From the NCBI GenBank assembly GCA_963675745.2, contig CAXXWX010000003.1, forward strand, positions 1-64,000: 64,000 nt of DNA, read 5' to 3'. The DNA comes from Phycisphaerae bacterium (GTDB lineage: Bacteria > Planctomycetota > Phycisphaerae > UBA1845 > Fen-1342). The position numbers and the translations under genes were made by a program. The notes below the pieces were generated by a model, which was not told where the DNA came from, did not search any database, and worked only from the letters and a program-made list of their open reading frames with translations. Of the stretch, positions 45,001-55,889 are shown piece by piece; position 1 is the stretch's first letter, and every line of letters starts with the position of its first letter.

Positions 45001-47880
45001 ATGTCCCCCCCCTCCAACGGCCCCCATAGCTCCGCCGAGAACAGGAAGTTCGCCGAACCGGTGCTTACGGAAAACGCCCGTGAGGTGCTTGCGGCACGCT
45101 ACCTCAAGAAGGATGAGGCCGGCGGGTGTTGCGAGGATGCCAAGACGCTCTTCAGGCGGGTCGCCGAGACGATCGCCGACGTCGAGCTTCAATACGGCTG
45201 CGCAACAGTGGATCGCGATAAGTGGACCGCGCGATTCTATGACCTGATCGCAAGTGGGCGGTTCATGCCGAATTCACCCACGCTGATGAACGCGGGGCGC
45301 GAAATGGGCATGCTCTCCGCCTGCTTCGTCCTGCCGGTCAGAGACTCGGTCGACGAGATCTTCGACAGCATCAAGCACACCGCGCTGATCCAGAAGGCCG
45401 GCGGCGGGACGGGCTTCGCTTTTGACGAACTGCGGCCGACCGGCGACTACATCCAGAGCAGTGGCGGAACAACCAGCGGCCCGATCACCTTCTGGCGGGC
45501 CTTCAGTGAGGCGACCAACGCGATTCAGCAAGGCGCCTTTCGACGCGGCGCGAACATGGGGATGATGTATATTCATCACCCCGACATACTGAAGTTCCTG
45601 CACTCGAAGCAGGATCTCGGGCAGTTCACCAACTACAACATCTCGGTCAAGATCACCGACACCTGGATGGACGAGTTTCTCGCCGATCCTGATGCGCCCC
45701 ATGTCGTGCGCAATCCGCGCACCGGCAAGTCGTACGTCATCCCGCGTGATGTCGATATCGAAGCGTACAACATGCGCTCGTTGATCCAGATAGAGTGTGT
45801 CGCCCCCATCGATCGCACGGGGTTGCAGCGCTATTACGAATCGCCGCGGATCGTGGGGCCGTTGCCCGAGACGCTGTGCGGCGACGTCTATACCAAGCGC
45901 GACATCTGGCAGATTATCATCAAGAACGCCTGGCAAACGGGCGAGCCGGGCGTTGTCTTCATCGACCGCATCAATGAGCACAATCCCACACCGCAGGTTG
46001 GTCGCATCGAGGCGACGAACCCGTGCGGCGAGCAGCCGTTGCTGCCGTACGAAGCATGCAATCTGGGCAGTATCAACCTGGGCAGCTTCGTGCGGGATGT
46101 GAGCAAGCCCACGGCTTGGGTGGACTGGGACGGCTTGCGCGAGACGGTTCACCTCGCCGTGCGGTTTCTGGACGATGTGATAGACGCCAACAACTACCCG
46201 CTGGCGGAGATCGAACGCATCTGCCGCGCGAACCGCAAGATAGGCCTGGGCATCATGGGTTTCGCCGACGCGCTGTTCAAGCTGGGCGTCGCGTACAACA
46301 GTGACCAGGGCGTTGAGTGGGGCGGGCGTTTCATGGCGTTCATAAACGAAGCGGCTCACAGCGCCAGCGAAGCTCTGGCCCGGGATCGTGGCTGCTTCGA
46401 AAATTGGCGCGGCAGTGTCTGGCGGACGAAGCACAACCGCATGATGCGCAACGCCGCCGTCACCACCGTCGCGCCGACCGGTACGATCAGCATTATCGCC
46501 GACTGCTCCGGCGGCATTGAACCGCTGTTCTCACTGGCGTTTGTGCGCAATGTGCTGCGGGAACAACGGCAGGGCGGCAAGCCGCTGGTGGAAATAAACG
46601 ACACGTTTCGGCAGGTTGCCGAGGCCGGCGGGTTTCTCTCCGACGAATTGCTGGAGCGGTTGGCAAACGAGGGTTCACTGGCGCATATCGAGGGCGTGCC
46701 GGACGAGGTCAAGCGCGTCTTCGTATGTGCTCATGACATATCGCCGGAATGGCACGTGCGCATGCAAGCCGCGTTTCAGCAACATTGTGATTCGTCGATC
46801 AGCAAGACGATCAACTTCCCGCACCGGGCGACGCCGCCCGACGTTGCGCAGATCTACACGTTGGCATACAAGTCCGGCTGCAAGGGGGTGACCGTGTATC
46901 GGGATGGATGTCGCGAATTGCAGCCGATGTCGCTGAAGCGCGATCAGGCACCGTCTGCCGACAGCGAGACGCCGGCTGAGAGCGCCGCCGCGCCCGTGGC
47001 GGTCCCGGTTGTGGAACAGCCGGACGACTTGGGCGGGATCCTGCCGCCGAAGGTCGAGCCGTGTGATCTTCCGGCGATTGTCAGCGGTCTGCGGATTCGG
47101 CAGCTCACCCCATTCGGCAACATGCACGTAAAAATCACGGTCGACCCGCGCACTGAGCGCGAACTGGAGGTGTTCGCCCAACTCGGCAAGGGTGGTGATG
47201 TTGCGAACAGCGATCTGGAGGCCGTGTGCCGCATCACCTCGCTCCATCTGCGCAGCGGTGGCATGCTACGCCATGTCGTGAAACAACTGGAGGGGATCGG
47301 CTCGTCGCTACAGATCCCCACGCGCGGCGGCCGCATCATGTCGTTGGGGGATGGCCTGGCCAGCGCGCTCAAGAAGTACATGCGTGCGAAAGAGCGTTTC
47401 GGTTTGCGCTCTCTGCTGCTTGGGGAGGTCGATCCGGCCGAAATCGACAATCCACGTCCCGCCCCGCATTCGACAAAGAGTGTGCTGGTCGATCGCAAGC
47501 CCACTCCGGCGGAACCACTACCGGTCGCGGCCCCCGCGCCATCAGGCAAGAACGGCAATGGCAACGGAAAGGGAAATGGTAATGGCCGGCGCCATGACGG
47601 GATTGACGTTGCGGCGCAGCTCGTGAACCAGACAGGGATGGACGCCGGCCATGACCCAGCCGTCGGCACGCTGTTCGCGCAGCAGCTTGTCGCGGTCGCG
47701 GCTCCCGCGTCAAAAAAGAGTGAGCCGGTGCCTTCACCGACTTCGTCTGCCTGGGCCGCGACACGCAAGACACACGATGCCGCGGCATACTACAAACTGC
47801 ACTGCCCCGAATGTGATAGCGTCTTGCAGACACAGGAAGGCTGCCGTAAGTGCCAGGGATGCGGCTGGTCCGCGTGCTGA
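45001..47880 (+). CDS. nrdJ: Class II (adenosylcobalamin-dependent) ribonucleotide reductase with TSCPD domain and C-terminal Zn ribbon
   Basis: FMPNSPTLMNAG, LSACFV, GGGTG, ATNPCGEQPL..EACNLGS, APTGTIS, SISKTIN, GVTVYRDG, CPEC...EGCRKCQGCGWSAC; AAAGGAG RBS. Confidence 0.95.
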   Translation: MSPPSNGPHSSAENRKFAEPVLTENAREVLAARYLKKDEAGGCCEDAKTLFRRVAETIADVELQYGCATVDRDKWTARFYDLIASGRFMPNSPTLMNAGREMGMLSACFVLPVRDSVDEIFDSIKHTALIQKAGGGTGFAFDELRPTGDYIQSSGGTTSGPITFWRAFSEATNAIQQGAFRRGANMGMMYIHHPDILKFLHSKQDLGQFTNYNISVKITDTWMDEFLADPDAPHVVRNPRTGKSYVIPRDVDIEAYNMRSLIQIECVAPIDRTGLQRYYESPRIVGPLPETLCGDVYTKRDIWQIIIKNAWQTGEPGVVFIDRINEHNPTPQVGRIEATNPCGEQPLLPYEACNLGSINLGSFVRDVSKPTAWVDWDGLRETVHLAVRFLDDVIDANNYPLAEIERICRANRKIGLGIMGFADALFKLGVAYNSDQGVEWGGRFMAFINEAAHSASEALARDRGCFENWRGSVWRTKHNRMMRNAAVTTVAPTGTISIIADCSGGIEPLFSLAFVRNVLREQRQGGKPLVEINDTFRQVAEAGGFLSDELLERLANEGSLAHIEGVPDEVKRVFVCAHDISPEWHVRMQAAFQQHCDSSISKTINFPHRATPPDVAQIYTLAYKSGCKGVTVYRDGCRELQPMSLKRDQAPSADSETPAESAAAPVAVPVVEQPDDLGGILPPKVEPCDLPAIVSGLRIRQLTPFGNMHVKITVDPRTERELEVFAQLGKGGDVANSDLEAVCRITSLHLRSGGMLRHVVKQLEGIGSSLQIPTRGGRIMSLGDGLASALKKYMRAKERFGLRSLLLGEVDPAEIDNPRPAPHSTKSVLVDRKPTPAEPLPVAAPAPSGKNGNGNGKGNGNGRRHDGIDVAAQLVNQTGMDAGHDPAVGTLFAQQLVAVAAPASKKSEPVPSPTSSAWAATRKTHDAAAYYKLHCPECDSVLQTQEGCRKCQGCGWSAC

Positions 47881-47965
47881 ACCTCCGCGCAAGATCCGGC
47901 AACCTGCAAAGCGCCGCCGGCCTAAGCCCAATTGCTTGTTGGGAATGTCCTGACCGGCGCGAGCA

Positions 47966-48511
47966 TTACGGCGCTAATTCATCCGACACGAGGTCATCCT
48001 CCGTATCGAACTTGCCGTCAAAGCATGCGCTGCGCAGGTCGAAGGTTCCGTCATCGTTTGGTGTGTAGCGTAGTTCGCGATCCCAACCATCGACGGTGGC
48101 CACGCCGCTCTGCTCCAACACAGTCTTCCAGTTGTCGGAATCGGGGAGCTGTCCGCTATTCGCGCCCTGATGTGCCACAATAGCTTCATGCCCCGCTTGC
48201 AGGATCATGACGGTGTTCATCAAACGCATCCCCTCGCGTGGAAGGGGCGATAGGGCTACGGCGATGATCCCCACCGTCCCGAGAAATCCGATCACCAGCC
48301 CGGCGATCGCAAACCCGCGCGGCGGCTTGAACGCCGCAATCAAGCTCACCAGAAGCCCGATCGGGCATAGCAGCCCACACGTACACAAGAGGCCGAAAAG
48401 GGAGACGATGAACCCGACAAGCCCGAGGATATTGCGGCGTTTCGTTGGGGCCATCTCTTCGAGTGGCGGCGGCTCAAAGCCGGGCGCGGTGTATTCGGGG
48501 ATCGTGGACAT
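47966..48511 (-). CDS. Membrane protein with DUF4190-like TM pair and GspG-like C-terminal domain
   Basis: Two hydrophobic segments; DGWDRELRY...LRSACFDGKFDTEDD. Confidence 0.75.
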   Translation of the reverse strand: MSTIPEYTAPGFEPPPLEEMAPTKRRNILGLVGFIVSLFGLLCTCGLLCPIGLLVSLIAAFKPPRGFAIAGLVIGFLGTVGIIAVALSPLPREGMRLMNTVMILQAGHEAIVAHQGANSGQLPDSDNWKTVLEQSGVATVDGWDRELRYTPNDDGTFDLRSACFDGKFDTEDDLVSDELAP

Positions 48512-48715
48512 GCGTGTTCCTTTGTTCGGGCCCTGAGCATTCGTGTGGGCTGAGATGGATTCGGAGCCTCAACAGCCCCGCGTATGGTCAGGTAGACAGG
48601 CGCGAATATCAAGGGGGGCTTGCCGCGCTTACGTCTTGCCTGCGACACATCGTCGCAGCGTAGGTCGAGCTTGGTGAGACCCGCCATTGCAACTGCGAAG
48701 CGGCTGCCCGTAGGC

Positions 48716-50038
48716 TCAGACCACACGTAGCTTCGCTTTCGACTCGCGAGGGTACGACAGGCGCAAGAGGACCGCCCAGGCGATCACGACAGTGGTCAGT
48801 TGCGCGCCGGCTGCTCGCGCTGCCGGCAGGGCCAACAGTGCCAGGCCGACCAGCCAGGCGAGCAGCGCCACAATCGCCAGGCGGTACTCAATCGAGCGCG
48901 CGGCCTCGGCGCGCTGCGCGCGATCCGCCAGGTAGGCCACCGGCCAATACATCAGCACGAAGTAATGCGTCCACACCAGCGGCGACGCGAGCAGCATCAC
49001 ACAACACCACAGACCGAACTGTGCCCGCACGGCGTTGATCGATGCCGTCTCCGCCGGTGGCCAGCGTGACGGGCCGGACAGCGTCGCCATGACCGTTGCT
49101 CCGAGCAGGCCGGCCATTCCCAACAGGTACAACCAAAAGACCACGCCGCGCGGCAGATCCACGATGTTCACATACATATCGCTGCCGGGCCGGCCGCTGG
49201 TGTGGGTCAGCAGACGGCGGAACACGATGGGCAACGACTGGTTGCTGTAATCCGCTTTGCGCGGCGCCGCGGCGGTGATCGTCGTGCGCGCGGAGTGCTC
49301 AAAGAGCGCGCCCCTGATGAAACTGTCGTGTTGCCGCAGCGCCTCGCCGTAGCCAATGGTGATCGCCGGAAAGCCCCATCCGCCGACGAGGCTGACGATC
49401 GCGGCGCTTGCCGCCACGCGCCAACGCCGCTTCAGCAGGAAAAATACCAGCAGCGCGCCGGGTAGCAGCTTGATCAAGAGCGCCAATCCCAGGGGCACGC
49501 CCGCCAGCCACTCGCGCTGCTGTTCGAACAGCACCCAGGTGGCGATGATGAGAAACAGCAACAGGATGTTCACCGTCCCGAGCACCGCACTGGCGCAGAC
49601 ATATGCCAGGATCAGGCCCAGCGCCGCAAGCGTCGCCCGGCGTGGTCGGCGGTCGAGCCGCTGGTTCAACAGCATCTCGACCAGCACCACGGCCAGCGCG
49701 CACAGCCCCAACGAAAACAGCGTGAAGACACCGGCGGCCAGCGGCAGCGGCAGGAGGCTCCACGGGAGCATGAAGATCGTGAAAAACGGCAAGTAGTTGT
49801 GTACGCCGAACTCGCTGCTGATCTCGCCGGTCTGGCGGAAGTGACGAGCGGTGAACCAGAAGTCACGAAAGTCGCTTGTCGACGCTTCGCGAGCGGCCGC
49901 ATAGTCGTCCATGTCGCTTAAGCCGACGGTGCGGACAGTGGCGATTGTCGTCAGCACGGCGACCACGGCCACCGCGGCGACAATGAGTGGCAGCCAGCCG
50001 CGCAGCTTGCCGTTCGGCTTGTCCAATCCGGCGATCAA
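48716..50038 (-). CDS. GT87/DUF2029 (GT-C) membrane glycosyltransferase
   Basis: SDFRDFW, NYLPFF, IKLLP, NQSL, SPLVWTHY; multi-TM. Confidence 0.85.
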   Translation of the reverse strand: MIAGLDKPNGKLRGWLPLIVAAVAVVAVLTTIATVRTVGLSDMDDYAAAREASTSDFRDFWFTARHFRQTGEISSEFGVHNYLPFFTIFMLPWSLLPLPLAAGVFTLFSLGLCALAVVLVEMLLNQRLDRRPRRATLAALGLILAYVCASAVLGTVNILLLFLIIATWVLFEQQREWLAGVPLGLALLIKLLPGALLVFFLLKRRWRVAASAAIVSLVGGWGFPAITIGYGEALRQHDSFIRGALFEHSARTTITAAAPRKADYSNQSLPIVFRRLLTHTSGRPGSDMYVNIVDLPRGVVFWLYLLGMAGLLGATVMATLSGPSRWPPAETASINAVRAQFGLWCCVMLLASPLVWTHYFVLMYWPVAYLADRAQRAEAARSIEYRLAIVALLAWLVGLALLALPAARAAGAQLTTVVIAWAVLLRLSYPRESKAKLRVV

Positions 50039-50039
50039 A

Positions 50040-50771
50040 TCACGCCCGCCTGCCGCGTGTCAGCACATAGCCGTACAGTCGCACAAGGTGGCGCATGTAG
50101 CGCAACTGTTCGGCCAGGCTGAGCTTGGTCTCACCGGCGGCGCGATCGGAAAATGTGATCGGAACCTCCACGACGTTCGTCCAACCGTGCCGCACAATCA
50201 ACTCCAGCGCTATCTTGTAGCCGATCGGCGCCAGACGCTCCATGTCCAGGTCGGCGCGGCGCACACAGAAGAAGCCCGCCATCATGTCGCGCACCGGCGT
50301 CAGTGGGCGCGCCAGCATCCGACCCACCCAGCTATTCAGCCGACGGTGCAGCGGCCACTTGAGATCGACCCGGCCGCCCCTCACAAACCGGCTGCCGATG
50401 ACCATTTGTACCTCGGGCGCGCGGAGATTCTCGAGCAGCACGGGGATCGCCTCGGGGGGATGTGACAGGTCGGCGTCCATGCTGACAATCATCGCGCCAC
50501 GCGCCGCCGACATGCCGTGAAGGACGGCGGTAGCCAGGCCGCGCTCCGCCTTGCGCACGATACACCGCAAAGGGTAACTCTGCGCCAGACGCTCGGCCTC
50601 CTCCGCCGTACCGTCGGGAGAGGCATCGTCGATCACAAGCAATTCGGTGTCCCGTGGGTCCAATACCGCAAAAACGCGCTCCACCAGCGGCGCCAGATTG
50701 GCGCGCTCGTTATAGGTAGGGATGACGATGCTGACCGCCGTTGCCGCGTTGCTGTTGTGCCGGGGCGTCAT
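50040..50771 (-). CDS. Polyprenol monophosphomannose synthase-like GT2
   Basis: IPTYNE, IDDASPDGT, RGLATA, MDADLSHPP, GSRFV, FSDRAAGETKL. Confidence 0.92.
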   Translation of the reverse strand: MTPRHNSNAATAVSIVIPTYNERANLAPLVERVFAVLDPRDTELLVIDDASPDGTAEEAERLAQSYPLRCIVRKAERGLATAVLHGMSAARGAMIVSMDADLSHPPEAIPVLLENLRAPEVQMVIGSRFVRGGRVDLKWPLHRRLNSWVGRMLARPLTPVRDMMAGFFCVRRADLDMERLAPIGYKIALELIVRHGWTNVVEVPITFSDRAAGETKLSLAEQLRYMRHLVRLYGYVLTRGRRA

Positions 50772-51472
50772 CAGTTTGTGAAGGCGAAGCGGACAATTGC
50801 GAACATGGCGGCGATCCCGTCGCGCCAGGTGATCTTCTTGCCCTCGTCATAACAGCGGCCCGAGTAGCTGATGCCAATCTCGTAAATGCGCCACTTGCCG
50901 CGGGCCACCTTGGCGGTCATCTCCGGCTCGATGCCAAAGCGGTTGCTCTTCAGCTTCAGGCTCTTGACGACTTCGGCGCGAAAACACTTATAACACGTCT
51001 CCATGTCGGTCAGGTTCAGGTTGGTGAACATGTTGCTGACCGTTGTGAGAAAGCGGTTGCCGAGATAATGCCAGTAGTACAGCACGCGGTGCTCGTCACC
51101 GCCGACGAACCGTGAGCCGTAGACGACGTCGGCGCGACCATCGAGGATCGGTCGCAGCAAGCGCGGATAGTCGCGCGGATCGTATTCGAGATCGGCGTCC
51201 TGAATCACCACGATATCGCCGGTGAAATTGGCGAACCCCGTGCGGACAGCGGCCCCTTTACCCTTGTTCACGTCGTGCTTGACGACCGTAATGCGCGCCC
51301 CGGGGAATTCGCCGTCGAGTTTCTCGTATAGCTCGCGCGTGCCATCGGTGGAGTAGTCATCAACGACGATGAGTTCCAGGTCGAGCTCGACCGGAGCCGC
51401 CAGCACACGGCGAATCAGCTCGACCAGGGTCTCTCGCTCGTTATAAACCGGAATGACGATGGACAGCACCAT
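50771..51472 (-). CDS. Glycosyltransferase family 2 (DPM1-like)
   Basis: [49 protein letters not shown]. Confidence 0.93.
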   Translation of the reverse strand: MVLSIVIPVYNERETLVELIRRVLAAPVELDLELIVVDDYSTDGTRELYEKLDGEFPGARITVVKHDVNKGKGAAVRTGFANFTGDIVVIQDADLEYDPRDYPRLLRPILDGRADVVYGSRFVGGDEHRVLYYWHYLGNRFLTTVSNMFTNLNLTDMETCYKCFRAEVVKSLKLKSNRFGIEPEMTAKVARGKWRIYEIGISYSGRCYDEGKKITWRDGIAAMFAIVRFAFTN

Positions 51473-51519
51473 GGCAGCGGTAACCTCCCGAGCTAAGCGC
51501 GACAAATTGTGCCGGGCCT

Positions 51520-52023
51520 TCAGGCTGGCAGCACAAGTAACGGATGTGCCTCGGCGTCACAGGTGATCAGCGCCTCGCGCAACTGCGCCCGCAGCGTCAG
51601 GATCGGCAAGCGCCACAACTGGTGCGCCAGGCGTGACACTCGTTTCAGGCCGGGCTCGGGTTCGGCGAAGGCATCAAGCAGGGCGCGTTCCTTCGGGAAA
51701 CAGTCGAATTCTGGGCGACGAAACTCCTCCCACGTATCCAACAAGACGGGCAGGTGCAGCTCGTCGCGCCGGCGCACCCAGCTCAGACCGGCAAAAACCA
51801 GCAGCGCCGCGGACTGCAACTGCCCCTCAACCCGGTGCGCCACCATGAAGTGCCGCACCGCCGAGGCGACCCTGCCGCGTTCCCAACACTGGCAGCCCAA
51901 CAAGTAAGCGGTCACCGGGCAACGCGGGTTGCGCGGGTGTTGCTGACACAGCAGATCCCACAACGCGCCGCGCTCGCAACGCGCATACTGTGAGACTGCC
52001 TGCATAAACCGCTTGGTACGCAT
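51520..52023 (-). CDS. Hypothetical TPR-like protein
   Basis: Fills the gap in the minus-strand operon; helical A.YLLGC motif. Confidence 0.6.
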   Translation of the reverse strand: MRTKRFMQAVSQYARCERGALWDLLCQQHPRNPRCPVTAYLLGCQCWERGRVASAVRHFMVAHRVEGQLQSAALLVFAGLSWVRRRDELHLPVLLDTWEEFRRPEFDCFPKERALLDAFAEPEPGLKRVSRLAHQLWRLPILTLRAQLREALITCDAEAHPLLVLPA

Positions 52024-52095
52024 GGTACTACCGCTTCCACGATGGCGTCCCGATGGCGCCGAACTGACGTACGCTAAAGGCGCCGCCAAACCGCG

Positions 52096-53079
52096 TCAAC
52101 TGCCGGTGGCGTTGTGCGCGGAACAGGCCCGCGCAAGCGCCGCGGCTCCTATCGTGCCCGCATCGGTGCCCAAGGTCGCGAAGACGATCTGCGGACGATC
52201 GTCGGCGATTCGCCAACTTGCGGCGTCGAAGTGCGCGCGGGTGGGGCCCAGCAGGCGTTCACCGGCGTTGATCAGGCCGCCGGCCAGCACGACAAGTTGC
52301 GGGTTGAACGCGTGCTGCAAGTTGGTGCAGGCCAGCGCCAGGTAGTAGCAGGTCTCGTCCCAGATCCGTTTTGCCAGAGAATCACCTTCGTTGGCCGCTT
52401 CGAGGACGTCAACCGACGTGACCGCGTCACCGCGCTCGACGCGCGATTTCAGCAGCGACGGCTCGCCGGCCAGAATTGCCTCGGCGAAGCGCTCGGCCAC
52501 GGCGTTGGCCGACGCGTAGCGCTCCAGGCAGCCATTCTGACCACAGGGACACGGCCGGCCGTTGGGGACAATTATGCAGTGACCGATTTCGCCGGCGTTT
52601 TCAAAATGGCCGCGCCACAGGTTGCCGTTCAGTACGACACCACCGCCGATTCCGGTGCCCAGCGTAAGCAGCACGATCGAACCCGCATCGCGTCCCGCGC
52701 CCGCGACAAACTCGCCAAAGGCGGCCGCGTTCGCATCGTTCTCGAGATCGACGGACAGACCGGCCGCTTCACCAAGCCGATCGCGCAGGGGGATGTCATG
52801 CCAGCCCGGCAGGTTCGGCGCGTGGAAGATCACGCCGCGCTCGCGGGAAAGCGGCCCCGGCGCGCCGATCCCGATTCCGGCGACCTGAGTCCTGTCGAGC
52901 TTGGCCTGGTCAAGCAGCATGTCGGCAAACCCGACCAGGCGGGCAAACACGTGCTCAAAGCCCCGGTCAGCCTGCGTTTCGATCGAATCCTGCACGACAA
53001 GCTGATAGTGCTCGTCGCAGACGCCACCCTTGATATTCGTGCCACCGAGGTCAATACCGATTGTGTACAGTGCCGCCAT
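52096..53079 (-). CDS. ROK family sugar kinase (glucokinase-like)
   Basis: IGIDLGGTNIK, ENDANAAA.GE, TLGTGIGGG, GEIGH, CPCGQNGCLE. Confidence 0.95.
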   Translation of the reverse strand: MAALYTIGIDLGGTNIKGGVCDEHYQLVVQDSIETQADRGFEHVFARLVGFADMLLDQAKLDRTQVAGIGIGAPGPLSRERGVIFHAPNLPGWHDIPLRDRLGEAAGLSVDLENDANAAAFGEFVAGAGRDAGSIVLLTLGTGIGGGVVLNGNLWRGHFENAGEIGHCIIVPNGRPCPCGQNGCLERYASANAVAERFAEAILAGEPSLLKSRVERGDAVTSVDVLEAANEGDSLAKRIWDETCYYLALACTNLQHAFNPQLVVLAGGLINAGERLLGPTRAHFDAASWRIADDRPQIVFATLGTDAGTIGAAALARACSAHNATGS

Positions 53080-53184
53080 GCGTACCTCCCATGTGCTGCC
53101 CGCCGGGACCGCGGCTGCGGTCGGCGTTCCGCGCATTCTACCGCTCGACGGCTGCGACGCACCACGCGCCTGGTGAGTCTGCCG

Positions 53185-54804
53185 TTATGCGTCGGTATCG
53201 GTGTCGGCGATTCCACCGATGACCACGCCGGCGATGCGCAAGCTGAGCAAGTCTTCCACCGAGGCAGTGTGGGGATTGTCGCGCCAGATCGTCAGATCAG
53301 CGGGGGCCCCGGGGCTGATCGTGCCGTATGGCGTTGGCATACCGACCGATGCCGCTGCCCCACGCGTAAACGCGTGCAGCGCTTCGGCCACGGAGATGCG
53401 CTGCTGTGGAAACCAGCCGCCGGCGGGGTTGTGCGCCGCGTCGGTCCTCGTGACGGCTCCGTGCAGACCGCGGCGCGGGTCGATCGATTCAATCGGCACA
53501 TCCGAACCCATCGCCAGGGTTACGCCGGCGTCGAGCAACGCCCGCAGGGGATATGCGTGACGCCGGGCTCTCGGCCAATGACGATCGGCGGTAGCTATGT
53601 CACCAAGTACGTGCGCCGGTTGAACCGAAGCGACGATCGCGCTTCTTGCCATGCGCCTGATGTCGGCGGCACGTACGCACTGGGCGTGTTCGATGCGATG
53701 CGGCAGGGGGGCGCGACCGATGCGACGCGTCGCCGCGATGGCGGCGATTACGTCGTGTACGGCCTGATCGCCGATGGCATGCACCCAGAGCGCCCAGCCG
53801 TGCCGAACCGCGTGGATCGCGATCTCCCGGAGCTCATCGGCGGGGATACTGGCCACACCGCGATAGCCGGGTCGCCGCGGATACTCGTCGAACATGTGCG
53901 CGGTTTGCGAGCCGAGCGCGCCGTCGGCGAACACTTTGACGGCACCAAGTCGCAGCCAGTCGTCACCCAACCCGCTGCGCAAGCCCAGGCGGCAGGCATC
54001 GTCAAGCCGGTCCAGCGGAATCGCGTGTACGACCCTCAACCCGAGCACGTCCTCATGATGATGGCGCTGCAAGTGCGTCAGTGATGGTGCGTCGTCAACC
54101 GAATGAACGCCGATAATCCCGTGACGCCGGGCGATGCGATAGGCGCTGGCCAGCGCACGGTCGATCACGCGCAGCGCCGCCACATCGGTGCGTGCCGCGA
54201 ATTCGGACACCGGGTCGGGCAGCAGCGCGATGGCCTTCTCTTGAAGCACGCCGGTGGGGGCGCCGTGCTCATCGCGCAGATAGCAACCGCCCGGTGGATC
54301 ATGCGTTAGCGCCGTGATGTCGAGTAGTCGCAGCGCCGCGCTGTTCAGCCACACGCTGTGGCCGTCGCGACTGTGTACCATCGCCGGGTGATGGGGGACT
54401 GCGCTGTCCAGGTCGCGGGCGTTTGGAAATCCGCCCTGCCAGAGATTCTGATCAAACCCGCGCGCGACGACCCATTCGCCCAGGCGCTTGCGCGCGCGCT
54501 CGCGGCTGATCCGCGCCAGCGTCTTCTTCAACGTGTCGAGTCCGGTCACGTCGATGATCAGCTCGCGGTTGAGCGCCCAATAGAAGAAGTGCGTATGGGC
54601 ATCCCACAAGCCGGGGGTGATTGCGGAATCCGGTACGTGTAAGATCTTGGTGCCCCGGCTTTTTGCCGCACGCAACGAACGTTCGCTTCCGACCGCCAGC
54701 ACACGTCCATCGCGCAGCAGCACGGCGTTGGCGCGCGTCCGACGGGCCACGCCGGTATAAACCCGGCCGCCGATAACCAGAGTGTCTACAGGCGTGTGCT
54801 TCAT
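53185..54804 (-). CDS. Amidohydrolase 3 family (YtcJ-like)
   Basis: PGLWDAHTH, DGHSVWLNS, KVFADGALGSQTA, HAIGD, RIEHAQ, GSDVP. Confidence 0.95.
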   Translation of the reverse strand: MKHTPVDTLVIGGRVYTGVARRTRANAVLLRDGRVLAVGSERSLRAAKSRGTKILHVPDSAITPGLWDAHTHFFYWALNRELIIDVTGLDTLKKTLARISRERARKRLGEWVVARGFDQNLWQGGFPNARDLDSAVPHHPAMVHSRDGHSVWLNSAALRLLDITALTHDPPGGCYLRDEHGAPTGVLQEKAIALLPDPVSEFAARTDVAALRVIDRALASAYRIARRHGIIGVHSVDDAPSLTHLQRHHHEDVLGLRVVHAIPLDRLDDACRLGLRSGLGDDWLRLGAVKVFADGALGSQTAHMFDEYPRRPGYRGVASIPADELREIAIHAVRHGWALWVHAIGDQAVHDVIAAIAATRRIGRAPLPHRIEHAQCVRAADIRRMARSAIVASVQPAHVLGDIATADRHWPRARRHAYPLRALLDAGVTLAMGSDVPIESIDPRRGLHGAVTRTDAAHNPAGGWFPQQRISVAEALHAFTRGAAASVGMPTPYGTISPGAPADLTIWRDNPHTASVEDLLSLRIAGVVIGGIADTDTDA

Positions 54805-55249
54805 GGTTGCCTCGTGGGTCACAGCGGTGCGGATCGCAGTGTTAGCCCAAAAAAGAACCCGCAGCGGAGAACGCCACGGGCAGTATCATAAACCGGTCGG
54901 GCCGGTCTTGGATACAAAGGGTGGAGCAGGCAAGCGGCGACCAGGGTGTTCGGGCCGAAGGGAGGGGGTGGCCACCGCGTTGCATGCCTGCTCCCCTTAC
55001 TTCTACTATAGAGTACTAGCATCCGCCGTACCAGTTCGTAATACGCATTTTTTTCTCCGCTAATAGGCGTTCGGCCATTTGCCAGCACAAATCCCCGGTA
55101 AACTCGCGCACCGCAACGCGCAAAACTCCCCACGCGGGCGCCGCGCCACCATGGTACTACCGGGGTTTCTTCACCCGGTCAGCTTGATTCTCCAACGCCC
55201 GCATTTTAGACTGCCCGGCTGTGGGCACTTGACCGGTGCTTGACCTGTC

Positions 55250-55321
55250 GCCGATGTAGCTCAATGGCAGAGCACGGCTTTCGTAAAGCCGAGGTTGTGG
55301 GTTCGACTCCCACCATCGGCT
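55250..55321 (+). tRNA. tRNA-Thr(CGT)
   Basis: Acceptor GCCGATG/CATCGGC; anticodon arm CGGCT-TTCGTAA-AGCCG; T arm GTGGG-TTCGACT-CCCAC; CCA not encoded. Confidence 0.96.
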
Positions 55322-55840
55322 TCCTTTCCGAAGTGACCACCACCCCGATTCACCAACGCCTGTTTCGCCGCGGATCATCGCCGCGCGCTGAACACTTCGT
55401 GCATCGGCGGCGTTGGTATCGCGCGCCGTGATCACATCGCGCGCATGACGACGCACCCCGGTTTGGCGGCGCCGCCGATACGCGGTTCGACGACGCGTCA
55501 TCGAAGTCATCAGCGCGCGCATGTGGTGTCGCACAACCAGCGCGCTGCGCGCTTCTGGTGCGGCGCATTGGTGGCATGAACGCGCTTCGCGCTGCGCTGT
55601 GATTGCGGTGCGCGCGCCGCAGAGCCGGCCGCGCGTTGGCATGACGGGCTTATGCCGCCGGGTAATGCGCTCGATCGCACGATTCGACGCGCGTGATTTT
55701 TTTTGAGAAATATCTGATAACGCTAGTGGCGATGTGTCGATGATGCTATACATTAATAACAGTCGCGGGCACCATACGCTGCGTGATCCGCGACCGGCAA
55801 GGAAATAGATCGCGGCTTGATGTTTGAGCCGGTTCAAAGT

Positions 55841-55889
55841 GATGGAAGGTCTTCGAAGCGCGCCACGGCTGGACCTTCCATCTTTTTTT
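55841..55889 (+). terminator. Rho-independent terminator
   Basis: GATGGAAGGTC...GACCTTCCATC followed by T7. Confidence 0.75.

Noticed and set aside
45690..45900. Intein in nrdJ
   Set aside because: The insert is short and lacks the N-terminal C/S block and C-terminal HN-C/S/T signature.
52114..54084. 656-aa plus-strand ORF
   Set aside because: Antisense shadow of the ROK kinase and amidohydrolase genes, typical of high-GC DNA. The same applies to 1611..2705, 14104..15330, 18516..19871, 29147..30280 and 45274..46434.
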